From positions 62,001 through 126,000 of the forward strand of contig CBFFRP010000127.1 in the NCBI GenBank assembly GCA_965644295.1: a DNA stretch of 64,000 bases. The letters run 5' to 3'. The translations under genes were made by a program, and so were the position numbers. The notes beneath the pieces were generated by a model that searched no databases, had not been told where the DNA came from, and worked only from the letters and a program-made list of their open reading frames with translations. Of this stretch, positions 49,433-63,400 are shown piece by piece (the first letter of the stretch is position 1; the number at the start of each line of letters is the position of its first letter). Origin of the DNA: Paraphysomonas bandaiensis. Taxonomy: Eukaryota > Protista > Chrysophyceae.

Positions 49433-51251
49433 CTAGTCTTCGTACGTGACTTGCATTGGTGTAGCAGCAGCAGCAACAGATTCTACTGCTGACGATGACG
49501 TAATCTGTGACATAAGGAGGTCAAGTCTTCCTGCTAGAGACGCCAGACGAGTGTAGGTCGAAAGCCTTTGGTCTAGCATTTGACTAAGAGCAGCAAGCTG
49601 GTGTGAGAGATCAGGAACAGATAGCAAATATGACGTGTGGAAACGAAGAAGAGCGTGTATCCATCTCGTGAGAATAATTCCACGAGATGGGCGCTTTTCG
49701 AACTTAGCTACCAATTTCCTCAGTAGACCTACCACTCTGCTAGCAGGAAGACGTCTTGCAGTCTCAGTCACTACGTCCTCGTCTCCACAGGTCAAACACT
49801 GCTCCAACAAGGTATCATCCCCAGCCTGCAATGCCTGTTCCAACAGAGTCACTAGTGAGTCGCTTGATGGTGCAAGCTCTGAAGGTGCTCCTTTATTCTT
49901 CGCAGAACGCTCGCGCGCTTCAATCTCAGTGAGACTGGCAGTAAGACCACGAAGACGCTCCTCCATGGTCATCTGCTGAGCCCCGTCTGTCACACCATTC
50001 ACCCCATTTTCCCGAGATTTTTTAGATTTTGGAGCAATGTCGTCGTCGGCTTCATATGTGATGGGTCGTTTAACAGCCCCCATTTCGTGTGGGCCCAGCA
50101 CATCTACTTCGATAGGTCCAGCGGATTCAGCTGAGCCGGCAGTGTCCACAGTGGCTGTCGATGGCTCCTCAGGCGTAGGAAGATCAACAGTACTCTTCAA
50201 TACACCGGACTCAGGTTCCTCATAGGGTACAGATACAAAGCGAGGAGATGACACTTTGCCTGTGGCCAAAAGGACCGCCCCATTTGAGGTAAAGCAACCA
50301 GTGAGTATAGTTTCCTTGGATTCTATGGGAGCTGTAAATACAGCAGGAGTGCTGCCAGTAAGCTCTGTCCGCAAAATGCATCCTCCATTTTCCTTCACCA
50401 AACACACAATATCCAACTTGGTGTGATGCGCTTTCTTATTTGTAACATTTTTTAAAACTAGTGAGTGGACAGACCCTGTAACCGGTATAACAGCCACGGG
50501 ACCATTCTCACCACCTGTGTTCTTGATTGCTTGCATGTCAAATACAAGCACTTCACCAACTCCCTCACCAGCACAAGCAAAGTACGCTCCACAATATGAG
50601 AAAACAACACAAGATGCTCCGCCAGTAGAGAATGGGCAAGATATCTTCAGTTTCGATCCATCAGCATCGTAGTACTTGAGGGAGCCACTGTACAGATACA
50701 AGTTAGTTGCAGCTTAGTATGACACAGTTTTAAATATGCATGCATAGTATAACTACTTTACTTCTAGCCAAACTAACGCACCTAGCGGCAATAAAACTAT
50801 TGGACTTCGGGTGTACGGCAAGCTTCTGTGTTCCTTTCTTGAAACCCTTGTGGGTTTTACTGATCTCACCTGTGGCAATAATATACTCATTGATCTGACT
50901 AGACTGGGAGTAGCACACGATGATGCGTTTCAAATCATTCGAAAATTTAATATCGCTAGGGATTGGTGTTTCGTTTGCAACTCCGAGCGTAGCAATTACA
51001 ACCCCACGAGTCAAGTCCCACACAACAACTACACCGTCGGATGCACCGACAGCAAATAATCCTAGATCATCTTTCGCAGTTTGACCCCACGCAACACAGC
51101 AGTAAGTGTGTGCAAGGTGATGCTTCTCTACAAACCTACGGCGCTCTTTGTGGCTGTCTATGTCCCAGAGCCTTAATCTATTATCTTTCGATATCGTAGT
51201 AAAGTTCTTCGCCCCTTTACCAAGCACGGTGTATTCATTCGACTTGGGCAT
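49433..51251 (-). CDS. WDR43: WD40 + Utp12-domain SSU processome protein (WDR43/Utp5)
   Basis: DNRLRLWD and VVVWDL WD repeats; C-terminal SLVTLLEQALQAGDDTLLEQCL..WIHALLRFHTSYL..LAGRLDLL. One intron near 50690-50781. Confidence 0.9.
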
Positions 51252-51561
51252 GATGCGAATCTACTATATAATATAATGCAACACTCCCTGCTGTGAAATG
51301 CTTATAGAAACTAAGCAATAAAACCCAATCGACTTCCTTCTACGACGCCTCCAAGATAAGATCAGAGACACACTCAGAGGCCTGGATGGCCTTTTACTTG
51401 TTTTTGTGGACCGGACTGTGTATTGAATGGCTGCACAGTTGTTCACCTTCACCAGCAGCAGTATACTACTACAGTCAACCAGCCATTTACATACCAAACA
51501 CACAGCATCACTCATCCCATCAATACCAAAAAAAACACACTTGAAACGGAACCTACTGCTA

Positions 51562-51712
51562 CGTATCGGCAGTCAGCATCTTATTTTTCGGAAATAAATT
51601 GAAGCAAATATTCTCTATATTACTGCAATACAACTACGGCTGGAATACAGAGAATTGCTGTCTCAATATATGAGGCATTTTTGAACAAAAATACACAAAG
51701 GATGCCGATACG
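51562..51712. mobile_element. Small Tc1/mariner-type MITE candidate, 151 bp
   Basis: TA|CGTATCGGCA...TGCCGATACG|TA: perfect 10-bp TIR with TA flanks. Confidence 0.55.
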
Positions 51713-51879
51713 TATATTTTTTTGGAACGATGAGTAGACCAGTCCAGCCTGCAGTGAGACAAGGAGGCTCATCACTCATATGAACAAGATCGACATCGTT
51801 GTATCGTAGTTACTTAGAGACAGTCGTCAGTTCTATTGGTAAAAGATAAACCCGCTGGTCTGCCTGGACCAAGACGTTA

Positions 51880-52503
51880 ATGCTGAGAATAGTTTTAATA
51901 TTTAGTATATTTTATGGGGCGCATTGTGCGTGTAATGTCAGTAAATACTTGTATGATTGGTCAAACATAGATTACAATGGTGATCTCAGATTTGATCCCG
52001 AGTTCTGGCGTTATCAAACACAACGTCAGTTTCAGCTCTCAAATGGACTAGCTTTACAGCTCGCCTATGGGCTTTGTAAAGCTCATATGGATAACTTAAT
52101 TGATTGGAAGGCGGGAAGACACGGCCCCGTTGATGATATTACCACTCATGGTGTCATGTGCTCCAAATATTGCCTAGAAAATGACGAGATTCATCTTCGT
52201 GCAATGGACTATTCCGACTGCTCATGCCTTGAGCTCTCTTCACAGCCAGGAGATTCAGCGTTCGTTGTTGAGGGTGACTGGTGCCGTCATAACACGGGTA
52301 GAATGCAATGTGAAATCCTCGGTATGTGCGGCTTCTGGGAGTGTCGTATAGATGATTTTATGTGTCCCAGATACGAATATAATAAGCGGTCGATTCCATA
52401 TGCCGGCCCAGGACACTGTCGGAATGCAGGAAGCATGATTCAGCCTAGTTTACTTTTGTCAATTGGTATAGCAGTTGCAGGGTGCTTAGTGATCTGGATA
52501 TAA
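51880..52503 (+). CDS. Secreted Cys-rich protein with C-terminal GPI/TM anchor
   Basis: Signal peptide MLRIVLIFSIFYGAHC, 14 Cys, and hydrophobic C-terminus NAGS..LLLSIGIAVAGCLVIWI. Confidence 0.75.
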   Translation: MLRIVLIFSIFYGAHCACNVSKYLYDWSNIDYNGDLRFDPEFWRYQTQRQFQLSNGLALQLAYGLCKAHMDNLIDWKAGRHGPVDDITTHGVMCSKYCLENDEIHLRAMDYSDCSCLELSSQPGDSAFVVEGDWCRHNTGRMQCEILGMCGFWECRIDDFMCPRYEYNKRSIPYAGPGHCRNAGSMIQPSLLLSIGIAVAGCLVIWI

Positions 52504-52711
52504 ATACTAAAATATATGTAAAATATCTGTGACCGAAAGTGAAAGTATTTGCAGTGAAGTAATTTCGATGAGTGTTATTGAATTATTTGTATTATATTTC
52601 GTAGTAATAAGCAATGACTATTTCGAGTAACTGTGCAGTTGTTAGGGATGAAATGCTGAATTCAGATACAATAAATGACTATGGGAAATACGCACCCCAA
52701 ATCATGCAAGT

Positions 52712-52983
52712 AAAAGACTAATATTAGCAAAAGGCGTCTAAGAGTCAGACCTAGTTTAGCGTTGCCAACTTGTACTTAACACTAATATCTACTATTTAAC
52801 ACTACGGAAACTGCTTGTGCGTCACCGCAAGTACGAGGGTGCAACCACTTACCCTCTATCACTTAAAGCAAAGGCAGTGACCAAGCAGAGTCTTTTTATA
52901 CCTGACATCTGCTGACTTTAGAATTTTTGAGTCCTCAAGGTGAACAGTCCGGATGCTTGACTTCTGCAGGCAGCCCAATACCC
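52712..52983 (-). mobile_element. RIME/SIDER-like retroposon, copy 7 (5'-truncated, tail type A)
   Basis: ATTAGCAAAAGGCGTCTAAGAGTCAGA..CTGCTTGTGCGTCACCGCAAG..GCAGGCAGCCCAATACCC. Confidence 0.85.
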
Positions 52984-53530
52984 AATACTGAGATTATAAA
53001 TTATAACTCTATGCTGAGATTAAAAATTAGTAAAAAGTATAGTAAAATTATATTTAATTTTTAATACTACTTGCCATTCGCAGTCAATCGCCAAATGCAT
53101 AATATCTCCCCTACCAAACACTTTCACAAGACCTTATATATTTCACGATCTTACATGGTCAATATATTTCAGTTTCACCACTAGGATTCTATGATTGCTA
53201 TTTTAGAAGAACATTGGCACAAAGCTTGCATAGCGCCAACTTTTCCAAGGGAATGGAGTTAGAACGCTTTTCTACCCGTTGGTGTTATCGTCTAAGAACA
53301 TCGGGATTTATCCGTTCAGTGCCATTCCATTCTCTCGTGACAATAGACCGGAAAAACACCATTCTTGATTCCAAACCAGGTGTTAAGCAAGCTTCTTTAC
53401 AGAAGAAAAAGTAAGTGGACCTCAGATCGGTTTCCCTTGTTATCGAATAAGCAATCAGCCCATGATCGGTATATAAGTAACAAGTAACTGCAACTAAATG
53501 TGGCTTGTTAACTTACTAAAGGCAAATGAT

Positions 53531-54051
53531 ACATATGAACCCCACCAATCATACGCATATGACCATAGCACCGGACAGTATGAAACCACCAGGCCCTAGA
53601 CAGCGGCGACGCCGTCTCCGGCAACTCCACCTATGCCTGACGCCCAGACGGTGCACGGCGACACCGCCACATTCCACCACATCATCAACCTCTCAGCACA
53701 CACATCTAGCGCTTGGTACACTCAGAACCTTAATACAGAACCCTGTACCTCAGAGCCTGGCGGAACCTTATCCAAAGGGGAGACCCCCGGACAACTCGCG
53801 CTGAGTTCCAAGACACACAAGCAGGGCGAAACTCACAAACAACATTAAGAACGGAAGTGGTTGCACCTTGGTGCTTGCGGCGATGCACAAGCAGCTTCTG
53901 TAGCGCTAAATAGTAGGATAATAGAATTTGTGCGGATTATTTATGGGTAGAGGTCTAACTAGTAGATCTAGCATACCACTAGCCATTCGATCGGGACGAG
54001 TTTTTAACGCCTATTGCTAAATAAAAAGACTTTCAATAAAGACTTTCAATA
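53531..54051 (+). mobile_element. Retroposon copy 8: about 320 bp unrelated sequence + family 3' 200 bp, inside one TSD
   Basis: Perfect 13-bp direct repeat AAAGGCAAATGAT at 53518-53530 and 54052-54064. The terminal 13-mer AAAGACTTTCAAT is duplicated. Confidence 0.88.
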
Positions 54052-54392
54052 AAAGGCAAATGATTTCTTGCGAATACTATAAATCATTTTAGTATCTCCG
54101 GGCGTCAAAATGCTTTTGACGCCCTGGTGGTGTTTCAAAATCACTTTCTTCGCCCTACATACTATATATTACTGCTTCTCAAATTATCCTTTATAGATAA
54201 TACATCATTCTAATATCCGTCTTCCAACACAGCAAGTGGTAGGAACAATAACTTTCCCTATTAATTTACTCCAAATATGAGAAACACAGTGCAATAATTT
54301 TGACACTAAGCCGATTACAATACTAGCTGCCGATCACCTGAATCAGTCAGCTACAAGATAATGATACATGCAGGTCAATTCCGCAGTCATTG

Positions 54393-56945
54393 CTATGTCC
54401 CATCCTCTGTATACTCCACACTTAGTTCACCCTTTTGATTAAACAGGGGTATTCCTCCTTTTCTATAAGGTTCTGGTTCCACAATATCCTTTTCCAATAG
54501 AGCTGGCTGCGTATATAAAGTCGGTGTAAAAGACCGCAAAATTTCATCACTTGCAGATTCATCTGAGTCCGCTTGTACAGCTCTGGAATATGCTAGATCA
54601 GACGAGACACGCTCAAACATATTGACAGTGCGGTTCCATGCGTACAATATTACAAATGGAATGGGTAGTGCAAATGGAGCTTGGGCTACGCCTTCTTTCA
54701 CAGCCAGGTATCCTACCATAGTAACAGAGCTAACTAAAAGCCCCTTCATGCTGAACCCATACAGGCCGTACCAAAACCTCCCACCTGTTTCAAACTGCGG
54801 AACATAAACATAGAGATATTGGTACTTCATGACTGCATAGAACACAAGAAAGTAAAGGGCTCCTAGAACTGTGATAAACGGTGCAATCACCATGTAGGTA
54901 AGTACAATGCAGACAATAAACAGGACACTAGGCAAAGAGGTACCGTAGTCTACCTCAACGGGTGCTAAAGGCCCGTCTAGGAGAGATCGTATCGTTAGTG
55001 TTCGCTCGTTTAAGACGCGTTTGTAGAAATTATAAATGAGCATCGGTACTAGTTGTAGGAGCTCCCCTGGAGCCGATGTAAGGATTTCTGTAATAATATA
55101 GTTACTAAAGAACACGGACACCGAAGGTAGGGCAGCCGCAAGCAAGCGGATAATAGATGGTGGATGGGCGAGAGCTTCTGCCAGTGCACTGAACATCGAA
55201 CCAGTCAATAACGTTAAATACACATTCGCCAACTGATACCCAAAAAACCTTTGTACAAAAATTACTGTCACTGCATAAATAGCTGTAACTAGATAACTCA
55301 CCATTGAAATACTTCGAATTGAACATCGCTGTTGCGTTTGCGTTTTTCGATGCATTTAGCACCGTAGGCAAAAATTGCTGGTAGCATAGATAGAAAAATA
55401 TTCATCACTATAACAGGAAGTACACCAGCCAGAAGAGAGTACACGATGGGATTCAGGTCGCGAATAAATGGTAAATACTTTTCCAGATTTGAAAGCTTCG
55501 AAACAGCTGCGATGAAAGCTAACACAGAACCCCAGAAAAGCATTCCGAGAGAAAATACCGTCTTTGTAATTATCCTTCCAGACTCCTCCTGCTGATTCGA
55601 TACCGTTAAGTTCTCCCATATAATATCAGCAGGACCACTGGCCTGAGATACTGTCATATGTGAGTGAACATCAGACAAGACACGCATCTGGTAGGCTGAT
55701 GAGTGCGCCCTACGAGTAGTAAAAGTAATAAACCCAGTTCCTGAATGAGCCCCAAATTTACGAAGGGATATATCAGGAGGAGTGGTATCTTCGTATTCAA
55801 ACATAGTGGGGCCATTGGAAGTGCTCATCGCAAATTTTACTACTTCATCGACTTTGGAATTCAATTTATCATTCATGCATACTTCACTACCACTTGGACT
55901 TATAATATTTCCACTTGAGTCCGCTATAGAGTTTCGCAACGTACAAATTTCATTACTAAGACTGGCAATGTTATCTGTATAATAGTCAATGGCGTCAGCT
56001 TTCTCTGTCCCACCACACCACACCGGTAGACCACCTCGCAGCGAAATCACTTTACGCTCTTCCATATTCTTACTTTTATAATATGCCACGGCCAACTCGA
56101 GCTCACGTAGTGATTTCTCTCGCCGCTTGATCAATTTTTCAAGTTCTACAAGATTGCATGCAATATATGATGAGTAAACCTGACCAGGAAAAAGATCTTC
56201 GAACAGCTTCCTAAGTCTAGAAGGAGAACGGTAATAAAATGGAATGTTTTCAACTTGTATAGTGTAATTCTTTTGAGCAGGAACATCTTCGTCTCCTTCA
56301 TACATATGTGCCTGTCTCAGCCGCACGAAATATCTGTATTCTTCGTGCATGAGGTACAGAAAATATAAGCTAAACAACCAGCAAAACACCACCGACGCCC
56401 ATAGCCTATTCCCTCCCTGTTCGATATTGCCCATGGTGTAGAGGTTAATGCCTGCGATTCCTTCAACATGTCCAAATGATGTAAAATATACAGGCCATAG
56501 AATTAGAGCCCCTGCTAACCCACATACTATTGAAAAATTCGCGCATAAGCGCAGAAAACGGAGAAAGAGATACCCATCGACTCCAACACATCGCAGTGTT
56601 TCTTCATCAGAAATGGATAACGTATGTGTTAGCCACTTCAACAGTCCAGTTGGGGGAAGGGGAGGCACTCGGTGTTTTTTCTCCCGCTTTTTTGATGCAT
56701 ATATGTCGTTCTGGTATCTGATAATACACTGATTATCCCGATAGAAATATAACAGTGACAACTATAGCAGGGCGAACCTCAATAGCTCGAATAGTATGTA
56801 GAACGCACCTCCAGTGAGCGCATTGACCGATATGGTGGCAATGACTACAGTGGTTATTAGATTATATGTTGAATAAGTGTGACTGAAACTAAACGTCACA
56901 AGCATACGCACCTGTAGACGTCTCATCGTCAGGATGATATGTCAT
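54393..56945 (-). CDS. OSCA/CSC1/TMEM63 mechanosensitive channel
   Basis: GVDGYLFLRFL, NLYTMGNI, YTIQVENIP, GFITF, PADIIWENL, FFGYQLANV, KYQYLYVY..ETGGRFW; two introns. Confidence 0.93.
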
Positions 56946-57468
56946 CTCAAACGACCAATAGAGTGTGTAGATCTGCAGGTAGATTGCTATGAGATGCACT
57001 TCAAGCTCACTGCATTATCATTCTTTGCATCAACAAGTATTTAAAAGGGAGTATACTATGAAAGCATCTACATACAGCAGAACTTCAGGGTGGGAATAGT
57101 ACGTACAGTACATAGCAGTACACTCTCAATAGCATGGATTTCATACAAAGCACCTAAAAATCAGTCTATGACTGAGAACTAAACTAAAAGTAGGGCATTT
57201 TGGACTTGTTGAGGGGTGTACCTGAATTTCTATCACCAAAAAACTCGAATAAATCCGTTTTTGTCAAACATTTTCTCCAAAAACTGTGAAAATTCATCAA
57301 TATATCCCATTTTTAGCATGAGGTTAGAAATCCATGCACTGACGTGGAGCATCTTCAGTCTGTACTCTGAATATCATGAGCATATATATATATGTGCTTC
57401 CGACTATACCATCCCTTCACACTCGGGCCCTTTCGTAGTTCTTCCTGAACTCTGAGGATTTGTTGATC

Positions 57469-60400
57469 ATGAAGAAAGCAGTGAAGGAGGGCGTATGGTC
57501 GCTCAAAGATTTAAATGGAGATGTTGTCTGGCAGGGGGCATTTGATAAGTACCCTTCATTGTCCAATATCCATCGCATGTTGTCTGCTCAGTCTCCTACA
57601 CTCCTCGATGAAATTACCAACTACATTATTCAATTACTCCAACACTGTCCAACCAAAGCTCTACCGCATTTACTCAATTGTCTTGCGAGCGGGCTGTGGT
57701 GTATACACGACAGCGTGGAGCCAAAGAAATTGTTCAGTTTACCCAATGCGAATAAGCGCTCGCTATGTGGAAAGCCCATAAAGAAAGGCGACATTATGTG
57801 GGTTTGCAGAGAATGTGGTAATGACGCCACATGCGTACAGTGTGACGACTGCTTTCAGGATAGCGATCACACTAACCATGAGGTCTATTTTCATCGCGCA
57901 TCATCTGGTGGTGGTTGTTGTGATTGTGGAGACCATGAGGCGTGGAACCCGGCAGGTACCTGCTCCTATCATGGGGTTGCTGACAGTGATATGAGTGTGG
58001 ACCCTGTGTCAGTATTACCGCCTCCTCTAGTCAGTGGTATAGACGCAGTATGCAAAGGCATACTGGTTGTTTTCATGCACACTGTAATTGCTGTTGTGGA
58101 AAGTTTAAACCCTCTACATGACAATCACATAGTAGATGCCGCTCTGGAGAGCGGATATGAAGTGGTAGTTCGAGTTCATAATGATGACATACATACATAC
58201 GACGAAGTCACTGGACTCTTTGTTAGTGTCGGCCTTGCGTCTTCACAAGCAGCGGAGTTGACGGTTGCTGTAGATATGGAAGGTTCCGCTGTTGTTCTCA
58301 GCACGACAGATATGTCACGCATAAAACGGTTTTGGGATGTGCTGGCGAAAGGAGGCCTTCTGGTATCAGTTATTCCTAAATCTGTCCTGGAACTGGAAGA
58401 GAGACTGGTGGTGGCTTTAGGATGGATGGTGCACTTAGCATCCTCCAATGATGGATTGATGAGACTAATGTGTCAGCATCTTCTTACTCTTAATGAATAT
58501 ATTTGCGAGGCTACAGCAGAATCATTCATTCCTGGTATGGGCATTGCACCATTTCCGCGACATTTTCCTTTACGTCATGATCCTCCTAGTAATCTGGCAC
58601 CGAACATGTTAGCCAGTAACAGTGTGAATGGTCATGTTGCCCGAATAACTCTACCGGCAGGTTCTATTGGTGCTATTCCGGAGCGACATATCCCATTCTT
58701 AAAGCCTTTCAATCAATCACATGAAAGCAGTCGGATACAGTTGGCCACACCGAGACTGTTGGCACTCTATGTCTGCTCTTCACCGTACTTAGCGAAGCCA
58801 CTTCAACGTGCTCTGAATGATATGGTTCTGCTCATGCAACAAGATATCATGTTTAAAATGGCATTTTCTCAAATACTGGTACAGTTGTATCCTACACTAT
58901 CTGCCCTCTTCTGTCATGGAATCGGGACACATAGTGAATCTGTGTTCGCTCTCTCTGTTCAAGTTTTCACTTCGGACTCCATAGTTCGTATGATGTCCTC
59001 TGAAGGTGTACACACTAGGCCATTTATTGAAGACATACGTGATGAAGCGAAATTCAGTATTTTTACGACCCTAACTTCTACACTTCGAACTGTTCTCGAG
59101 GAGGCAGGTTGCACCAGTACCCGGAATGATGATAGCTTTTTGTCCAGTTTTACTCTTAGAAATCGCCGTATAAATCATATATGCCGAGATATTGAGTTTG
59201 TTGTGGGCTGTGGAGATCTGGTTAAAGACTTTTTCACTCACGAAGGGCCTGACGGGTGTAGTGCGGTATGTGTGTTGTAGCTGTAGTGTTGTTGACGCCA
59301 CATGCCGATGACACTGTTGTAATACCATTGTCTGCAATATCACCATTGTCATTTGATAATGTGTGAATGTGCAGCTGGAGCACTGGCTGGATGTTCTGGG
59401 CAATTTGAACTTCTTGAATCTGCACACGAGAATTCCTGAGGGGAATCCACACGTACAATTTGAGGATAATTCTTGGCAGGTAATATTTACTCTCGTAGGA
59501 TGCTGTTTACCTTGATATATTTTTGTGCGAATATTCTTTATGCCAGTTTTGTGATAAGTGATTTTGTCCTTGTTAATGTTTTGCTCATGCAGGATGCTAT
59601 GACGTTGATTCTTGAAGTTGAATCCGTGACTAGCTGTATATTGTATAATATATTCTCACCCAAAAACAATTTAAGAGAAGATAAAGTAGAGATTCGTTCA
59701 ATATTTTCGCGCTGTGTGGAGGCGGTTGTTAATCGCATCGCTAAATCTATTGAAAAATTGAATACCGAATTTGCTGCTGTCTCAATATCTCCTCCAGAGT
59801 CAATTATATCTTATGAGTGGCGGTCGTTGTTCAATGTTTCTTCCAGGATGCCTGTTTCTGTGTTAATACCTCTCGCCCGGTTTCTGGCTAGACTTTTTCT
59901 CTGTGCATGTGAGAGTGGTATATCATTTGACTTGCAGTCTTTGTATCGACCAACCGATGAGTACATGTTTTTTAGTGTATGTACGATGTGTGAGTATTCC
60001 TTGCGGAGTTTGTCGTTTTCTGCCCAGGTGGAGTCGGAGTTATGGCGGAGGAATGGCGTGGGCGTAGTGAACCTGCTTTACAATTACAATCGTGCTCCTC
60101 TCTGTCGCCATCTCCGTGACTTAGACTTATGCACGGTGCAACTCGCTATATGTTGGTTAGGCCCTGATGCGGTGATTCGGAATGTCGTCAACGTCTTCGA
60201 GGCGTTTGGTTTATCTGAAAGCAAAAAGAGTAAATTACGGGTAAAATTCCGTGCATCCATGACAACTGAGATGCTTCGTGTACTGATTTTGGTGACGTCC
60301 TATTTACCGCAAAACATAAATAAGCATGATGACACTACTGGTGAGCAATCAAATCGCGAAACTAAGGAAGAAGGAGTTTCCATCAATGAATTGAATGAAT

Positions 60401-63400
60401 GTAGTATCTCTGGATTTAGAAACTCTATCGACAAGCGCGTTGCACATATCCTTTTGAGTGGCAATAATACGCTCGGGAAGGTCCATGCGGTCAAGCCCAT
60501 GATAGGGGCAGTGGATTTTGTTGGCGATGAAGATGTGAATGAAAGTGTGCGACGTCTCTGCTCCAAGACGTCTCCCACGTCCTCCTCGGAACCAACTTCT
60601 CTGGACCTTCTACCTGAAGCGTGTATTCCACTTTTCGACCCAGAGCACCCGTATATATCTAAGAAAGATTTGCACTTGGCGAATGACACTGTGCGCAATC
60701 ATATGGATAAAGCTGCTACCTGCAACAAGGTCCTACGACTCTGTAGTCATGCCGATAAGTCTGCTATTCCAATATTATTTCCAACTGCCGTTCCTACATG
60801 TCATCCTGAATTTACGAGAGTTAGGAAAATGCTGTACTGCAAAACAATGATTGAGGTTGTCACAAGGATATTAGATGTATGTATCGCCAACACAGATAAT
60901 GATGACGACGATTCTAAGATTCCAGAATCGATTGTTGTTTCCATGGCTTCTCGGTGTGTACACCTTGTGACATTGCAGTTGCACTGCCTGAGTAGTGCTG
61001 TGTCATGCAATTCTCCGGACAAACTGCCCCCTTCAAATTTTGAAGCATATGAAACCCAAAATAATGTTCAGATTACACCAGAGGAAGTGTCGAGCCACAT
61101 GGAGTATATATGGCGAGGTTCTGAATCATTTTTGCAACCCTGCTCTGCGAACTTAGAAGATGATGTGGCGAGAATGCTGAAGTCCCTCGCAGCTGTGTAC
61201 GCCTCAAAATTGCTCAATGTGGATACTTTCTATAGTAGAGGCCTTGAGTGGGTTCTAAAAGAATTTTGTTCCAGGAGTGAGGCGGCGAAGCGCGTGATAT
61301 CATCCTGTGGTGTGGTGTTCACTGCAAGCTCTGGTGTAGAGGTAGAAACAGACGAGGAAAAGAGGGAAAGGGTGATGAAAGCTCGTCGAATGGCAGCAAA
61401 TCAGAAAGCTATGGATGCTATGAGACGAAAGGCCGAAGCGTTTTCTGCACTGATTGATGCAGAAAAAGAGAGTGATGAATGTGACGATGACACCGAATTC
61501 ATCCCAGAATGCATCATTTGCCGGTACGGTACTCACTTTCGTTGTTTGACATCAGTTTGGTGTCAGTATTATTAACTGTATTTTGTGCTATTTGCTGTGT
61601 AGGAATCTTACTGAATGCAATATGATGCTATCATTATTTTAATATTTACTTTATGTGGTACAGTGAAAAAACAAGTGATCCTATGGGGTACCTGGCATAT
61701 ATACAACCATCAACCTTAATTCACAATTGTCGTGAACGGGTTCCTGATGACCCACGTGAGCAGAGTATGTACCTAGTTGTTGCTTACAACGAAAGTCTCC
61801 CTGTATACTCAAAGCGCATTCAGAATGATGACCCAGACACTGTGGACACGCAAGAAAACGTAATTGGTTATCTCGAGTGCGGTGAGGTGGTTAGCATCTC
61901 ATCGCGTGCTAAAGATGCTTGGGTTAAACTTGCAACACCTGTGGTGGGATGGGCGAAACTCTATACCAGCGTTAACACAGCAACCGCTGGGAGTAGTAGC
62001 TATGCACAGAGACTCCAGCTTTTTCCTCTCTCACGTCTAGCTCACGCAAGACACGGAAGATCGCGGCCACATATATCTGCTTGTGGACATGCACTGCATT
62101 TGAACTGCTGGGACACATATTGTGCATCCAGGTATTTTTTTTGCGTGTTAGAACTTTTTCATTTCTTGGATATACAAGGATAGAATGTGACTATTTCATG
62201 TTGTGTAATTTACTCTTACGGAAGTAATTATTCTTATATACGTAGTTTGGCCAGACAGATTAACTCCCACCAGCATATGGCGTTTATGTCTCACGATACC
62301 GAGAAGGGAGAGGTCATATGTCCTCTCTGCAAATCCATTTCCAACGTGGCGTTGCCTCTATACCAACCGACTGCTGACTGTATCACTCTAACACACAATA
62401 ATGGGTGTGTCGACGGCAATGACTTCTCTCTGTCGCCTCTACCAGTATCGATATCTATGGATGAGTGGACTGACCGTGCTGCGGCTGCTTACCGCTCAGT
62501 TCGCGACAGCATTGATAAGTCAACCGTGGAGGCCATGACTTTGCGTGCTCAGATTCTCTCGGAATCGTGTCTCACTAGGTCCCAGCTGCCTTGGAGAAAA
62601 TGTGCCAGTACAAGCCCGAGTTTTAATGTCAACAATGATATTGGGAAGTTCGTTGCCGCAATGAGAACTCTCCATGCAACCTGGTCAGCGACTGCAAATA
62701 CTCTCTTTTCTCTCATCAAGCGCACTGAGCTCAGTCACGTTGATGCCACAGATCCGTTTGTGTCAATGGAAACACTCACCAGGGCCGCTGATAGTGGAGG
62801 TGGTACAGTATCTGATGTTCTGGTAGTGGAACAGCTCATTCGATGTTTATATCTTGCGCCATATTGGCTTGGACCTAGCATAGATTTTGACAAGCATATC
62901 CATCAACCCCTGCATGAATTGCTCGTGAGAAAAAAGTTTTCTTCGTATTCTCCTCCTGTGAAGTCATCGTCTTCGTCTGATATTGGGGAGTGTCTGTTGC
63001 TACACCATCCATTGCCTGTTGTTTTTGATGCTCTTTCTCCTGAGGATCAGCACAGTATTAGCTGGGCCCTTAATGTCATGAAGGATGAGGCTCCAGCTCC
63101 GTCTGCTTGGCCCATATTACGACAACCATTGTTGACTCAAGACTTAACGGTAATGGCCGTTGCCTACACTACAAGTGCTCTACATCCCAAAAATTCGTTG
63201 GGTTACATGAGTCTAATGTGTATCGCTCGCCTGTTACAGATATTACTCGAACCGGTCGTGACAGGTCGTATAAGCTGTGCCACTGCTGATCAAACGATCG
63301 CTGTTAAGAACGGCGACACAGTAAATAACACTGGAGTAGTTGGAAGTATGTCTATAGATGATCTGTCAGCGGCTTCAATTACACATGGAAGTAAAAAGCG

